From the NCBI GenBank assembly GCA_964606295.1, contig CAZSFR010000001.1:56504-120503 (forward strand): DNA of 64,000 bases. The letters are read 5' to 3'. The position numbers and the translations under genes are program-made. Positions 47,995-57,809 of the stretch are shown here, in pieces. The notes beneath the pieces were generated by a model. That model saw only the letters and a list, made by a program, of their open reading frames with translations. It was not told where the DNA came from and ran no database searches. This DNA is from an uncultured Candidatus Saccharibacteria bacterium. Its GTDB lineage: Bacteria > Patescibacteriota > Minisyncoccia > Phycocordibacterales > UBA9973. Position 1 is the stretch's first letter, and the number at the start of each line of letters is the position of its first letter.

Positions 47995-48468
47995 ATGTAC
48001 AGAGAGTTTGGTAACGTTTCAATAAAAAGAGAGACATATGGTAAGCTCCCCAGCTTGCCATATTTTTCTATTAAAAATAAAGTCCTTGGAAAAAAATATG
48101 AGCTTTCGATTCTTTTTGCCACTCCCCAAAATGCTCAAAAGCTAAATCATCTCTATAGAAAGAAATCATACACACCCAATATTCTTTCTTTCTCACTTAA
48201 TAAAAGTTCTGGTGAACTTGTTCTGTGTCTCGGTACAATCCGCTCCCAAGCAAAAAGTTTTGAGATGTCATACCAAGATTTTCTCTCATACCTCTATATT
48301 CATGGTCTTTTGCATTTGAAAGGAATCGAACATGGTAGTACAATGGAGAGAGAGGAAAACGCCATCTTCAAAAAGTTTTTTGGCGACGATCTACCACATG
48401 GCACGAACCATACTCACAGGCATCGACATAGGAACATCTCACACTCGCGTCGTCATCGTCGAGTATAA
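47995..48468 (+). CDS. ybeY: rRNA maturation endoribonuclease YbeY.
   Basis: Zinc-binding motif HGLLHLKGIEH (H-x3-H-x5-H). Confidence 0.75.
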   Translation: MYREFGNVSIKRETYGKLPSLPYFSIKNKVLGKKYELSILFATPQNAQKLNHLYRKKSYTPNILSFSLNKSSGELVLCLGTIRSQAKSFEMSYQDFLSYLYIHGLLHLKGIEHGSTMEREENAIFKKFFGDDLPHGTNHTHRHRHRNISHSRRHRRV

Positions 48469-49564
48469 AAAAAACGACTCAGAGCCAACACTTATCGGTG
48501 CTGGTATCGCTCTTTCTGGTGGTGTGCGAAAAGGCTACATCGTCAATTCCAACCTCGCGATTGCATCTGTCCGTGACGCAGTATCACAAGCTGAAAAGCA
48601 GGCCGGTATCAAGATCAAGAAAGCATCTCTTTCTGTTGGTGGCATCGGTCTATCGACAGATACTGCGATTGGTACAGCTACTTCCACACGTGTCGACAAC
48701 ACAATCACAGAACTCGATGTTGAAAGGACAATGCGGGCATGCGAAGAAGCGCTGAAAGATAGGAACAAAAAGGTTGTTCATCGTATCCCTCTGGCGTACA
48801 AATTGGATGCAAAGCCTGTCCTCGGTGACCCTGTCGGTATGAAAGGAAAAAAACTCGAAGGAAAGGCTCTTTTTATTACTTGTTTGTCTCAACACATTGA
48901 ACGACTCGTCGAAACAGTGACTACGGCTGGTATCGAAGTAACAAGCATCATTGCTTCTCCTGTTGCAGTCGCAACAGTTGTACTCAATGAACGAGAGAAA
49001 ATCGCAGGCTCAATGCTCGCACACATAGGCGCAGAAACCGTCGGTACTGTCGTTTATGAAGATGGAAATATCCTTTCTCTCTCAATGATTCAGATTGGCT
49101 CTGCAGATATTACCAACGATATTGCTCTTGGTCTCAAAACATCTTTAGAGGAGGCGGAAGGAATCAAAGTAGGAACAGTCATATCAAGCACGTCAAAGAA
49201 GAAAATAGACGAGATCATTGAAGCACGACTGACAGATATTTTCGAATTAATAGAAAAGCATTTGAAGAAAATCGGACGCAGTGCACTCTTACCTGCCGGC
49301 ATTATATTTACTGGAGGTGGTTCACATCTTGGAAATTTGACTGACCTAGCAAAGCGCGAGCTCAAACTTCCCTCACGGATTGGTTTTATAAACGAGAGAT
49401 TTGATGGCAAGATGAAACTCAAAGATTCTGCATGGTTCCCCGCATATGGTTCATGTGTCTGCGAACACTCGTCGCCTTTTCCAGACGATGAATCTCGTGT
49501 TCCTCCATCAGATGGCGCTTTCAAAGAAACTTTCTTGGGATTTCTAAGACAATTGCTCCCATAA
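48398..49564 (+). CDS. ftsA: Cell division protein FtsA. Start is at MARTILTGIDIGTSH.
   Basis: Actin-fold phosphate motifs (GIDIGTSHTRVV…, …FTGGGSHL…). Sits immediately upstream of ftsZ. Confidence 0.8.
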   Translation: MARTILTGIDIGTSHTRVVIVEYKKNDSEPTLIGAGIALSGGVRKGYIVNSNLAIASVRDAVSQAEKQAGIKIKKASLSVGGIGLSTDTAIGTATSTRVDNTITELDVERTMRACEEALKDRNKKVVHRIPLAYKLDAKPVLGDPVGMKGKKLEGKALFITCLSQHIERLVETVTTAGIEVTSIIASPVAVATVVLNEREKIAGSMLAHIGAETVGTVVYEDGNILSLSMIQIGSADITNDIALGLKTSLEEAEGIKVGTVISSTSKKKIDEIIEARLTDIFELIEKHLKKIGRSALLPAGIIFTGGGSHLGNLTDLAKRELKLPSRIGFINERFDGKMKLKDSAWFPAYGSCVCEHSSPFPDDESRVPPSDGAFKETFLGFLRQLLP

Positions 49565-49740
49565 TAAAATATCCTCAACCTACAGTGGAAAGAGGCATCG
49601 CGCAAGCAGTTTTTTCTTACAAGTGAAGGCAATCGAAATCAAGCCGTGACTACTTTCCTTTTTTTTAGTTTCTGGTATTATGGTATCCGTAATTTAACGG
49701 CCGAAACTTAACCCAATCTATTAATTAGCCCAACACATAT

Positions 49741-50916
49741 ATGCCAAAAGTCAATCCTACTATCGAATCTTTCGCTCGTATCAAAGTTATCGGAATCGGT
49801 GGCTCTGGCAAAAACGCCTTGAACCACATGATCAACTCCAAAGTTCGTGGAGTTGAATTCATCGCAATGAATACCGACACACAGGATTTGCACAATTCAC
49901 TTGCAGAGAAAAAGATTCACATTGGCAAGAATCTTACCAAAGGACTCGGCGCAGGGATGAACCCTGAAATCGGTCGCAAAGCTGCTGAGGAAACAAAAAC
50001 AGAAATCCAAGACGTTATCAAAGGTGGCGAGATGGTATTCATAGCATGTGGTATGGGTGGAGGTACGGGTACGGGAGCAGCGCCTACAGTTGCTCGAGCA
50101 GCAAAAGAAAGCGGTGTACTCACTGTAGGTGTTGTCACAAAACCATTTTCATTTGAAGGACGCGAGAGAATGCGTCTAGCAGAAGAAGGTCTTGCCGAAT
50201 TAGAAAAAGAGGTTGACGCAATCATTATAATTCCGAACGACAGACTGCTCTCAATCACAAGTAAAGAAACAAGTTTGAAAAATGCTTTCTCAATGTGCGA
50301 CGAAGTCTTGCGACAAGCCGTCGAAGGAATCTCTGACTTGATTACAATTCCTGGTGACATCAACGTAGACTTCAACGATATCAAAACAATTATGGCAAAT
50401 GCTGGAACAGCACTCATGGGTATCGGTACGGCGACGGGAGACAAGCGAGCAGAAAAATCTGCATTTGATGCAATCAACTCTCCCCTTCTTGAAGTTTCTA
50501 TAAATGGAGCAAAAGGTATCCTGCTTTCGATTGCAGGTGGAGATGATCTCACTCTACATGAAGTTGCTGAGGCTGCGAAGATAGTTACGGAATCTGCAGA
50601 TAAGGACGCAAAAGTCATATTCGGTACATGCAAAGACGAACGTCTCAAGAAGGGAGAGATGAAAGTCACTGTCATCGCTACTGGCTTCCCTACCGCAAGT
50701 GGATCCGTTCAAAAGAAGTCACTTTTTGAAAAGCCAATTATTTCTGCTTCAACGTCACATCTAGAGGAGCGCAAGGAAATTCACAACACTCTTCCTGATG
50801 CAAATTTGGAAAAAAGAATAGCAACGGCTGAAATCATCGAAGACGATTCACTTTTGGGAGGTGACGATACAGACGATTGGAGCGCAGTTCCTGCATTCTT
50901 GCGAAGAAAGAAATAA
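49741..50916 (+). CDS. ftsZ: Cell division GTPase FtsZ.
   Basis: Tubulin signature GGGTGTGAAP, T7 loop, and overall FtsZ similarity. Confidence 0.95.
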   Translation: MPKVNPTIESFARIKVIGIGGSGKNALNHMINSKVRGVEFIAMNTDTQDLHNSLAEKKIHIGKNLTKGLGAGMNPEIGRKAAEETKTEIQDVIKGGEMVFIACGMGGGTGTGAAPTVARAAKESGVLTVGVVTKPFSFEGRERMRLAEEGLAELEKEVDAIIIIPNDRLLSITSKETSLKNAFSMCDEVLRQAVEGISDLITIPGDINVDFNDIKTIMANAGTALMGIGTATGDKRAEKSAFDAINSPLLEVSINGAKGILLSIAGGDDLTLHEVAEAAKIVTESADKDAKVIFGTCKDERLKKGEMKVTVIATGFPTASGSVQKKSLFEKPIISASTSHLEERKEIHNTLPDANLEKRIATAEIIEDDSLLGGDDTDDWSAVPAFLRRKK

Positions 50917-50968
50917 GTTTACTCACAAAAGGCCTCGATTTTCCGAGGCTTTTGTTTTGTGTTATGAT

Positions 50969-51916
50969 ATGACAACTATGGAACAAACAACCTACGATCT
51001 CATCATCATCGGCGGAGGGCCTGCAGGTGCTGCAGGCGCTGTCTATGCGTCACGCAAGAGACTAAAAACTCTTCTTATTACATATACTTTTGGTGGACAA
51101 TCCACTGATTCGTCTGACATCCAAAACTGGATCGGAACACCATCTATTTCAGGTGCTGACCTTGGCAAATCCCTTGAGACTCATATCAAAGCTTATGCAG
51201 ACGATGTCCTCACTATCGTCGAGGGAGAGAACGTGACAAAAGTAAAAGGAATTGAAAATTCATTCACTGTCTCAACTGATGCAGGTAAAGAGTATGAGGG
51301 AAAAACTATCCTTGTCACATCAGGTTCAGGCCGTAGAAAACTCGCAATACCTGGAGCAGACGTACTCGAACACAAAGGTATTACCTACTGCGCGTCATGC
51401 GACGGACTTTTGTTTCAAGGTATGGATGTCGCTGTCATAGGAGGAGGCAATGCAGGATTTGAAACTGCAGCACAACTTCTTGCCTATACCAAGAGCGTGA
51501 CTCTTTTCAATCGCGCGGATACTTTCAAGGCGGACGAAATCACTGTGGAGAAAGTTCTTTCTCATCCCTACATGACAGCTCTCAAAAATGTAGATTTGGT
51601 GTCAGTTGAGGGAGACAAGTTTGTATCTGGTTTGAAATACAAGGATATGACAACAAATGAGGAGAAACTTCTCCCTGTGCAAGGCATTTTTGTCGAAATC
51701 GGCCAGATTCCAAATACAGCTCTTGTAAAGGATTTTTTAACTCTCGATCAATACGGAAAAGTAGTAACCGATCCTATGACCCAAAGAACCTCAGTCAAGG
51801 GCGTATGGGCTGCAGGAGACTGCACAGACGGACTCTATCACCAAAACAACATCGCCGCTGGCGATGCTGTAAAAGCGCTTGAGGATATCTATCTCTATAT
51901 CCACGCAGGTAAATAA
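50969..51916 (+). CDS. trxB: Thioredoxin-reductase-like FAD/NAD(P) oxidoreductase. Start is at MTTMEQ.
   Basis: GGGPAG FAD motif, redox-active CASCDG, and a second dinucleotide motif GGGNAG. Confidence 0.7.
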   Translation: MTTMEQTTYDLIIIGGGPAGAAGAVYASRKRLKTLLITYTFGGQSTDSSDIQNWIGTPSISGADLGKSLETHIKAYADDVLTIVEGENVTKVKGIENSFTVSTDAGKEYEGKTILVTSGSGRRKLAIPGADVLEHKGITYCASCDGLLFQGMDVAVIGGGNAGFETAAQLLAYTKSVTLFNRADTFKADEITVEKVLSHPYMTALKNVDLVSVEGDKFVSGLKYKDMTTNEEKLLPVQGIFVEIGQIPNTALVKDFLTLDQYGKVVTDPMTQRTSVKGVWAAGDCTDGLYHQNNIAAGDAVKALEDIYLYIHAGK

Positions 51917-53677
51917 CTACTTTATCTTCTTATCAACATCATCGATTTCCTTTTCTATGATGTTTCCTGCTACGGACAGATCATTTCTCAATTTTGTTAG
52001 GAATGCTTGCTCATGTACTGAAAGAGGTTCTCCTGCTCTTACTTTTTTCAAGATTTCAATCTCATCTACTACTTCTTGATCAATAATCTTCATAGATTGA
52101 GCTGTAACTTCTTTTGCTTGCCCAACTTGAATGTGTAGCATTTTTTTATATTTTCTCCATCCTCTCAGTATAAGAATCCCAATCACAAATAAAAGTAGCA
52201 CTGCAATCAGTATTGGTATAATCGGTAGTATAATCCTCAAAGCCATATTCATAAATTTACCGAACACTCCTGGTAACACGGAGACGGAATAACTTTCTGT
52301 GAGAGTACTCTCAGCTCCGTTGTCCAAACGTGCTTTTGCAACAAAGTGATACTCACCGACTTTCCAGGCAGTTTTCATTGTGAAGTCGAAAGTACCATTC
52401 GGGTTGACTTTGACAATATTTTCATCACTTATTTTATTTTTACTGAATATTCTACCAATCCATGTTTCATTTTCCTTTTTGAAGTCAAATACTACATACG
52501 AATTTGCTATCGCAGTACCACTTGCTCTGAACACCGTGCCTCCATCAAGCTCTTGAGTGTAACTCAGTATAACCGGGACGCTAATTCCCTCGTATGTAAA
52601 ATAAACAACATTCACAATGTCATTTCCTGCATAATCATTGGCTCTTACAACCAACTGATGTTGGCCAAGAGAAAGCACCCCCGTGCTGTAAAGTGATTCT
52701 TCCGTTGTTTTCTGCCATATTACAGGATTCGAAGCATCTATACTTATTTCATAATTCTCTATACCAGACGTTGCATCAGTAGCGTTTAGTAAAAAATGTG
52801 TCGAGCCATCTTCGGGTTCTTTTTCGACTTTCGTAATGGTAAAATCACTTGGCTTCGTCTTATCGACATTAATTTTGAAATGCGTCGTCCCCCCCCAGCC
52901 GTAGCTATTTTTTAGTCTCAAGTGAAAGTACCACGTACCGTCTGTTATCTCTGCACTGGTATATGAAGAAGTTAATCCTTTGTCTTGCGTTGGAGTAGTT
53001 GTCGCATTTTTGTCGAGAACAAAGCTAACTGAGGTAGCATCAGTAGGGACTTGCCACTCAAACTGAGGCACAGATATCGCAAACCAGTCATTTGGGTCTG
53101 GGTGCGTTGGAGAGGTCACCAGAGGAGGTAGTGGAGAATTTGTTCCGGACATCGACGGTGTTGTGACTATTCCACCGCTTTGACCAATCGTGACAATAGA
53201 TTTTGGCAGTGAACCAGAGAGTATGTTGGTACCCTCCCCGTCGTTTGCCAGTATAGATGCTTGAGTCAATTCAAATGTAGCAATACCTGTACCTTCCGTC
53301 TTCCAACTAACTGTAAAAAGTTTGCCTCCAGTACCACTGAAACCAGGATTCAAAACCAATCCTTCAAATCTAACAGCCCCTGCTTCACTCGAAGGTTGTA
53401 TTGTCCAGAAATTTACAATGGTTCCGGATGTATTTATAGTTGGCGCACTCAACAAATTTGTTGGGTAATAGATACGTCCAGAAAAAGCATTTATGGCTTG
53501 ACTGGTACTGGATACTGAAACCGTCAATGTGATTGTCTCTCCTGTGTCTATGTTTGCTGTAGCAGGACTCACAGAGAATGTAGCTGCTTCAACGCCATGA
53601 AACGATACAGCAAAGAAGGCCGTTACAACAAGGAATTTCAATACAAATTGTTTGAAGTTTATAGAATAAAAATGCAT
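51917..53677 (-). CDS. Surface protein: signal peptide, N-terminal cohesin-like domain, Ig-like middle region, C-terminal TM anchor and cytoplasmic tail.
   Basis: ATFSVSPATANIDTGETITLTVSVSS…AINAFSGRIYYPTNLL…GKLFTVSWKTEGTGIATFEL follows the cohesin pattern. C-terminal TM LRIILPIIPILIAVLLLFVIGILIL. Confidence 0.5.
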   Translation of the reverse strand: MHFYSINFKQFVLKFLVVTAFFAVSFHGVEAATFSVSPATANIDTGETITLTVSVSSTSQAINAFSGRIYYPTNLLSAPTINTSGTIVNFWTIQPSSEAGAVRFEGLVLNPGFSGTGGKLFTVSWKTEGTGIATFELTQASILANDGEGTNILSGSLPKSIVTIGQSGGIVTTPSMSGTNSPLPPLVTSPTHPDPNDWFAISVPQFEWQVPTDATSVSFVLDKNATTTPTQDKGLTSSYTSAEITDGTWYFHLRLKNSYGWGGTTHFKINVDKTKPSDFTITKVEKEPEDGSTHFLLNATDATSGIENYEISIDASNPVIWQKTTEESLYSTGVLSLGQHQLVVRANDYAGNDIVNVVYFTYEGISVPVILSYTQELDGGTVFRASGTAIANSYVVFDFKKENETWIGRIFSKNKISDENIVKVNPNGTFDFTMKTAWKVGEYHFVAKARLDNGAESTLTESYSVSVLPGVFGKFMNMALRIILPIIPILIAVLLLFVIGILILRGWRKYKKMLHIQVGQAKEVTAQSMKIIDQEVVDEIEILKKVRAGEPLSVHEQAFLTKLRNDLSVAGNIIEKEIDDVDKKIK

Positions 53678-53689
53678 TTTAGAACTCTC

Positions 53690-54601
53690 TTATTGTACCT
53701 TTATTTTCTTAAATTTTCTAGGAACGAAGAAGATAACAAATGCAAAAATAGCAGTAACTATGAGAAGTGGTATCACCAAAATCGATACCGGAAAAAATTG
53801 CTCAGAATGTATTTGGGCTATACGTACGTTGCCAGCATTATCAATGGCCTTTACGCGTACTAGCGACCTCATAGATTGATCCTCTAGAAGATACGGGCTT
53901 TCTGCAACTTTCCAATCAGAATTGCCCTCCTTTACCTCAAAACGACTAATCCCAGACTCTTTGTCAGTTGTAGAAAATATCAAAAAATATTTTCCATCAA
54001 AAATGTATTGATTACTGGATATTTGTGGATAGAAAACCAAAGGTCTTTCAATGTCACTCGCGAAATTAGTACCGACTTCGCCCGTTTCGGAGGAAATCAC
54101 CCTAAATGGATATAGCAAAGTGGGAGCTTTGGTGCCAAGCCCATCATTAAAATACGCTTGCCCTGTTGTAAGGTACAACTCGGATGTAGAAATGGACTTT
54201 GTGGTAAAAATTGCAGAAAATAGTTTACCATCGAGATATGTCTGGTCTAGTGGGTTGATCGTGCCTCCAAATCCTCCAACCATTATCCCTGAAAATTTGA
54301 CACTCGATCCATTTGCTTTTGGTCTCTCAATCCACGAGGTAACAACAGAACTACCATCTCTAATACCAACCAACTCCAAGTGTTCATCGTCAAAAACCAA
54401 CTCTCCCTCGACTGCATTTATCAATTCTTCACTGGAATTTATAAAGACAGTGACTTCAAATTCAGCATTCGCTAGTACGGGGAATTTTTGATCTGATTGA
54501 AAGTAAATAGTCGCAGCATTAGCTTGCTTGTGTCCCAGAAAAAGCATGCTAAGAGTCACGAGGAGAATAAAAGTACATTTTTTTGAAAATAAATTGATCA
54601 T
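53690..54601 (-). CDS. Surface protein with an N-terminal cohesin-like domain and a C-terminal TM anchor.
   Basis: ATIYFQSDQKFPVLANAEFEVTVFINSSEELINAVEGELVFDDEHLELVGIRDGS… is a cohesin-like block. C-terminal TM plus KFKK tail. Confidence 0.5.
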   Translation of the reverse strand: MINLFSKKCTFILLVTLSMLFLGHKQANAATIYFQSDQKFPVLANAEFEVTVFINSSEELINAVEGELVFDDEHLELVGIRDGSSVVTSWIERPKANGSSVKFSGIMVGGFGGTINPLDQTYLDGKLFSAIFTTKSISTSELYLTTGQAYFNDGLGTKAPTLLYPFRVISSETGEVGTNFASDIERPLVFYPQISSNQYIFDGKYFLIFSTTDKESGISRFEVKEGNSDWKVAESPYLLEDQSMRSLVRVKAIDNAGNVRIAQIHSEQFFPVSILVIPLLIVTAIFAFVIFFVPRKFKKIKVQ

Positions 54602-54606
54602 ATGAT

Positions 54607-55545
54607 TTATCCAGTCCAGTAATATGCCAATATAGAGAAATCGACAAGCGTAATACGGCCATCTCCTGACAAATCTAGTTCAAGTGGCGCTCCCAATCTC
54701 CCGTACCAATACGCCAATATAGAAAAGTCTGTGATATTCACTCTGCAGTCTCCTGTGAAGTCTCCTTTTGGCGGACAACCTGAATTTAGAACAGTCTCAT
54801 TACCAACAGTAAATCCAACTATACTAGAATAAGATGTTACTTCTGCTCCGAGTGTTGACAACGACCTTGTGCTATGTGAGCCAAGTTCCAATACACCCGT
54901 ATTGAACCTATAGAGATATGCACCATAGTCGTCAGATGTCGTAGACAAAAAATACGGAACCAATGAATTAACATTGATAGTTATCGAAGCGTTTGGTGCA
55001 CTTTCCCCGAGTATAGTGATCGTTTCTCCTTTTGCAACAACAGTCTTATCGATAGATATAGTAGGGGCAATATAGATACCAGAAATAGTAGTCGATATAT
55101 TTTCTGTTACTACAATAGGAAATGTGAAGAGTGTTGACCTTCTCTCTTCACTATCCTCAGCCAAAACAGAAAACGTATACGAACCAGCTGGTAAATCAGA
55201 GATTGTTAGTGTAAATTTTGCATCAAGTCCAGCTGTAGTTTGTGCAATCTCAACTCCGTCTTGCAAAAATATTACTGCGGAGAAGGGATAAGCTCTGCCG
55301 GAGAACGTGACAGATGAATCTCCATCGTTCTGACCTCCTCCACCACCGCCCCCACCACCTCCTGCTCCTCCAGGATCGCCCACAGCAACAGTTGCAGTTA
55401 TGGTGACGTCTTCACTTACAGCACCCAACTCTCTTGGAGTTGAATCGTAAAAGATTCCTACTCCGAGAATGATAATTACAGATAAAATGCACCTGAATGA
55501 TTTATATAAATCATTCTTACTAAACTTTAGGAGTGGAAGTTTCAT
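54607..55545 (-). CDS. Secreted protein with a poly-Gly run (GGAGGGGGGGGGGQ), Ig-like domains and a C-terminal type-I-like dockerin (two Ca-binding repeats).
   Basis: C-terminus GDFTGDCRVNITDFSILAYWYG…DLSGDGRITLVDFSILAYYW is two D-x-x-G-D-x-x-V/I-N/T-x-x-D-F-x-x-L repeats. Confidence 0.55.
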   Translation of the reverse strand: MKLPLLKFSKNDLYKSFRCILSVIIILGVGIFYDSTPRELGAVSEDVTITATVAVGDPGGAGGGGGGGGGGQNDGDSSVTFSGRAYPFSAVIFLQDGVEIAQTTAGLDAKFTLTISDLPAGSYTFSVLAEDSEERRSTLFTFPIVVTENISTTISGIYIAPTISIDKTVVAKGETITILGESAPNASITINVNSLVPYFLSTTSDDYGAYLYRFNTGVLELGSHSTRSLSTLGAEVTSYSSIVGFTVGNETVLNSGCPPKGDFTGDCRVNITDFSILAYWYGRLGAPLELDLSGDGRITLVDFSILAYYWTG

Positions 55546-56566
55546 TCATTTCTTTCTTTAGCTCCTCCTTAATCTCAGAGCGCAATGACTCCTTCAAATT
55601 TCTTCGATAATGCGTCTTTGCACGCTTCATAATATTTATAAACAAGAACAATCCAACTACTATAACAATAAGAAGGTGCCAAGGCACTACAAAAAATCCA
55701 GTTTTTGCAGTTGATGTCTGGTCACTTTCAGCTCCGTACGCTAGCGATATATTTGCAGTATAGTATCCGAAAGCAAAATTCTTCCATTCATACACAACTT
55801 TTTTGAAAAATCCTAGATTTTCAATATTTGCAACATCACTTGATCCTCTGCTTGATTGCCAAGTAGCTTCAAATCTTCTTGTCTGTGATGGTAATACGTT
55901 ACCTTGAGCGGAGTTTGCAAGAACTTTTGCCCTCACAAAACCAAACATATGTCTGATGACTATATCTCCATCTGGCTTTATCCTATCTCCGCCTGAATTT
56001 TGGAATCTGTAATAAAAAGAAACCGGGAGTGCAGTAAAAAAATTCTTATTGTCAATTGTGCCGTATTCAATAATACCTCCTTCTTCATCTACATCTCCGT
56101 TTACACGGAGCAACACCAAAACACCAGTTTTTGCACCAATTGCTATAGATCCTTCCCCGCTAACTTCAGGATTATTTGTACCCCAAAATACTGCAGCGAA
56201 ATACCCACCAGGCTCAGCTATTTCTGGTATATCGATTGTGACTGGAACTATCTTACTTGTGCCAGGTGCAAGTATTACCATGGAGTCTGTTTGCATCCAT
56301 GTTCCCAGCCCATCTACAGGAGTTACGAAACTTGGACTTCCCGTCTCCCCTTGTGCTTCAAAGTTTGAGAATGAAGAGTAAAATGTTTGACTTGTGTCTC
56401 TATCGTTTATAAGTGTAATCTCACTTTCAATAGTAGCTCCAGGGTCTCCGCTTAATTCTATGAGAACTGGCGTAAGTGTCAGAGCGTGCGCTTTGCTGAC
56501 AAAACTAGATGAAAAAATTATGACTGAGCAAAGTATAACCGCTAGTGTTGTTATTTTTTTTTGCAT
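55520..56566 (-). CDS. Bitopic surface protein: signal peptide, about 260-aa beta-rich ectodomain, C-terminal TM, basic cytoplasmic tail. The architecture is reminiscent of DUF916/DUF3324 proteins from Gram-positive WxL/Csc surface loci.
   Basis: Signal MQKKITTLAVILCSVIIFSSSFVSKAHA, TM FFVVPWHLLIVIVVGLFLFINIM, tail KRAKTHYRRNLKE… The gene begins with an A9 homopolymer. Confidence 0.45.
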   Translation of the reverse strand: MQKKITTLAVILCSVIIFSSSFVSKAHALTLTPVLIELSGDPGATIESEITLINDRDTSQTFYSSFSNFEAQGETGSPSFVTPVDGLGTWMQTDSMVILAPGTSKIVPVTIDIPEIAEPGGYFAAVFWGTNNPEVSGEGSIAIGAKTGVLVLLRVNGDVDEEGGIIEYGTIDNKNFFTALPVSFYYRFQNSGGDRIKPDGDIVIRHMFGFVRAKVLANSAQGNVLPSQTRRFEATWQSSRGSSDVANIENLGFFKKVVYEWKNFAFGYYTANISLAYGAESDQTSTAKTGFFVVPWHLLIVIVVGLFLFINIMKRAKTHYRRNLKESLRSEIKEELKKEMNETSTPKV

Positions 56567-56579
56567 TATATTTTATGTA

Positions 56580-57677
56580 TTAGAAATTCCCCGTCGCTAT
56601 ATATGTAACATCTGTCGAGTATGAACCCGCTTCTGTTGTTGTCGCGATGTTTGCGATGTATTGAACGTCGATTGTTTCAGTTGCAGTAGCTATTGTTTCA
56701 GATGCGATGGTGGTTGTAGTGCCGGCAACAAACGCGTAGCTATTTGTTCCCGCAAGTTCGTATGCGGATGCTATCGTCACGTTACCTCCGTTATCGTCGA
56801 TACCTAGAGCAAACTGCTCTGATGCTGGGGTGCCGTCTGCGTCTGATGCAATAGTCGCTACGTTTATAGTGTTCGCTCCACTTGTGAGAGTGGCACCGAA
56901 GTATGTGATCGAGTATCCAGATGCAGCGTTTGTGGCAATAGTCATTTCGTGCGCCCCAGTTGTATCACCTGGTAGAACTCCTGTACCAGTTGCATCTGCT
57001 GTCGCATATCGTGCAGCGGTTGCATCGAGAGCTCCGAACCCTATCGCTACGTCAGATATTGTGAAAGTGATTGTTGGGCTCACCGTTGCAGTGATGTTGA
57101 CTGAGTCGTCTGCGATGATGTCGATAGCGATTGTTCCTGTGTCTCCGAATCCACCAGTGAACACGATAGTGTCGTCGTCATCAGCCGAACCGTTGGTTAC
57201 CGTACTCGCTGAACCTGTCGCACCAGTCGTCGCTGCTGTACCCCAGACAAGGCGCATACAGAATCCTGCTGTTAGGGTCTGATCTGTTTCTGGTGAAAGA
57301 GTAATTACATTACCCGTTACGTCCACTCCCCAGTCTGTAGCTGATGCAGTAGTAGCAACTACTTCATCTGTATATACAGCAGATGAACATGTTGCACTAT
57401 CTCCTAACTCGACGTCAAAATTGTTTACGTCTTCAGCTGCAAGAGTAAAGTCTGCACTGAAAGTAAGTATGATAGTATCACCTCCCACTTGGATACCTGT
57501 CGGGGTGGCAAATTGAACTGTTCCAGAACTGTTTGCTGTTGAAGCTTCTATTCTCCCTAGTGTTGCTGTCGCATTGGTCACCGAGGCAGCCATAGCCTTG
57601 CTTGGGAGCAGAGTTATAATTCCAGTTGCAGTGACGATAAATACAAAAACAAAAAGAGATGTTGCGAATTTTTTCAT
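56580..57677 (-). CDS. Secreted Thr/Ala/Gly-rich protein (365 aa), paralog A. Sec signal with A-M-A cleavage site. Conserved C-terminal ~170-aa domain ending in …SYSTDVTYIATGNF.
   Basis: Signal MKKFATSLFVFVFIVTATGIITLLPSKAMA|ASVT. The 3' 480 bp are identical to paralog B. Confidence 0.6.
   Translation of the reverse strand: MKKFATSLFVFVFIVTATGIITLLPSKAMAASVTNATATLGRIEASTANSSGTVQFATPTGIQVGGDTIILTFSADFTLAAEDVNNFDVELGDSATCSSAVYTDEVVATTASATDWGVDVTGNVITLSPETDQTLTAGFCMRLVWGTAATTGATGSASTVTNGSADDDDTIVFTGGFGDTGTIAIDIIADDSVNITATVSPTITFTISDVAIGFGALDATAARYATADATGTGVLPGDTTGAHEMTIATNAASGYSITYFGATLTSGANTINVATIASDADGTPASEQFALGIDDNGGNVTIASAYELAGTNSYAFVAGTTTTIASETIATATETIDVQYIANIATTTEAGSYSTDVTYIATGNF
56590..57070. 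repeat. About 480-bp segment 100 % identical to 57820-58300: the shared 3' halves of the two tandem paralog genes.
   Basis: Direct comparison of the two stretches. The plus-strand shadow ORFs 56830.. and 58060.. share identical first 77 residues. Confidence 0.8.
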
Positions 57678-57809
57678 AATCTTAGTAAGGACGTATTATC
57701 TATTATTTTATATGGATATATTATAACATTTTTACTAAAAATTGCCTCGCACATCGTCTGTGGATAACTTATCTGAACAGCTCAACCCCAGAAACAGAAT
57801 CAATCTATA

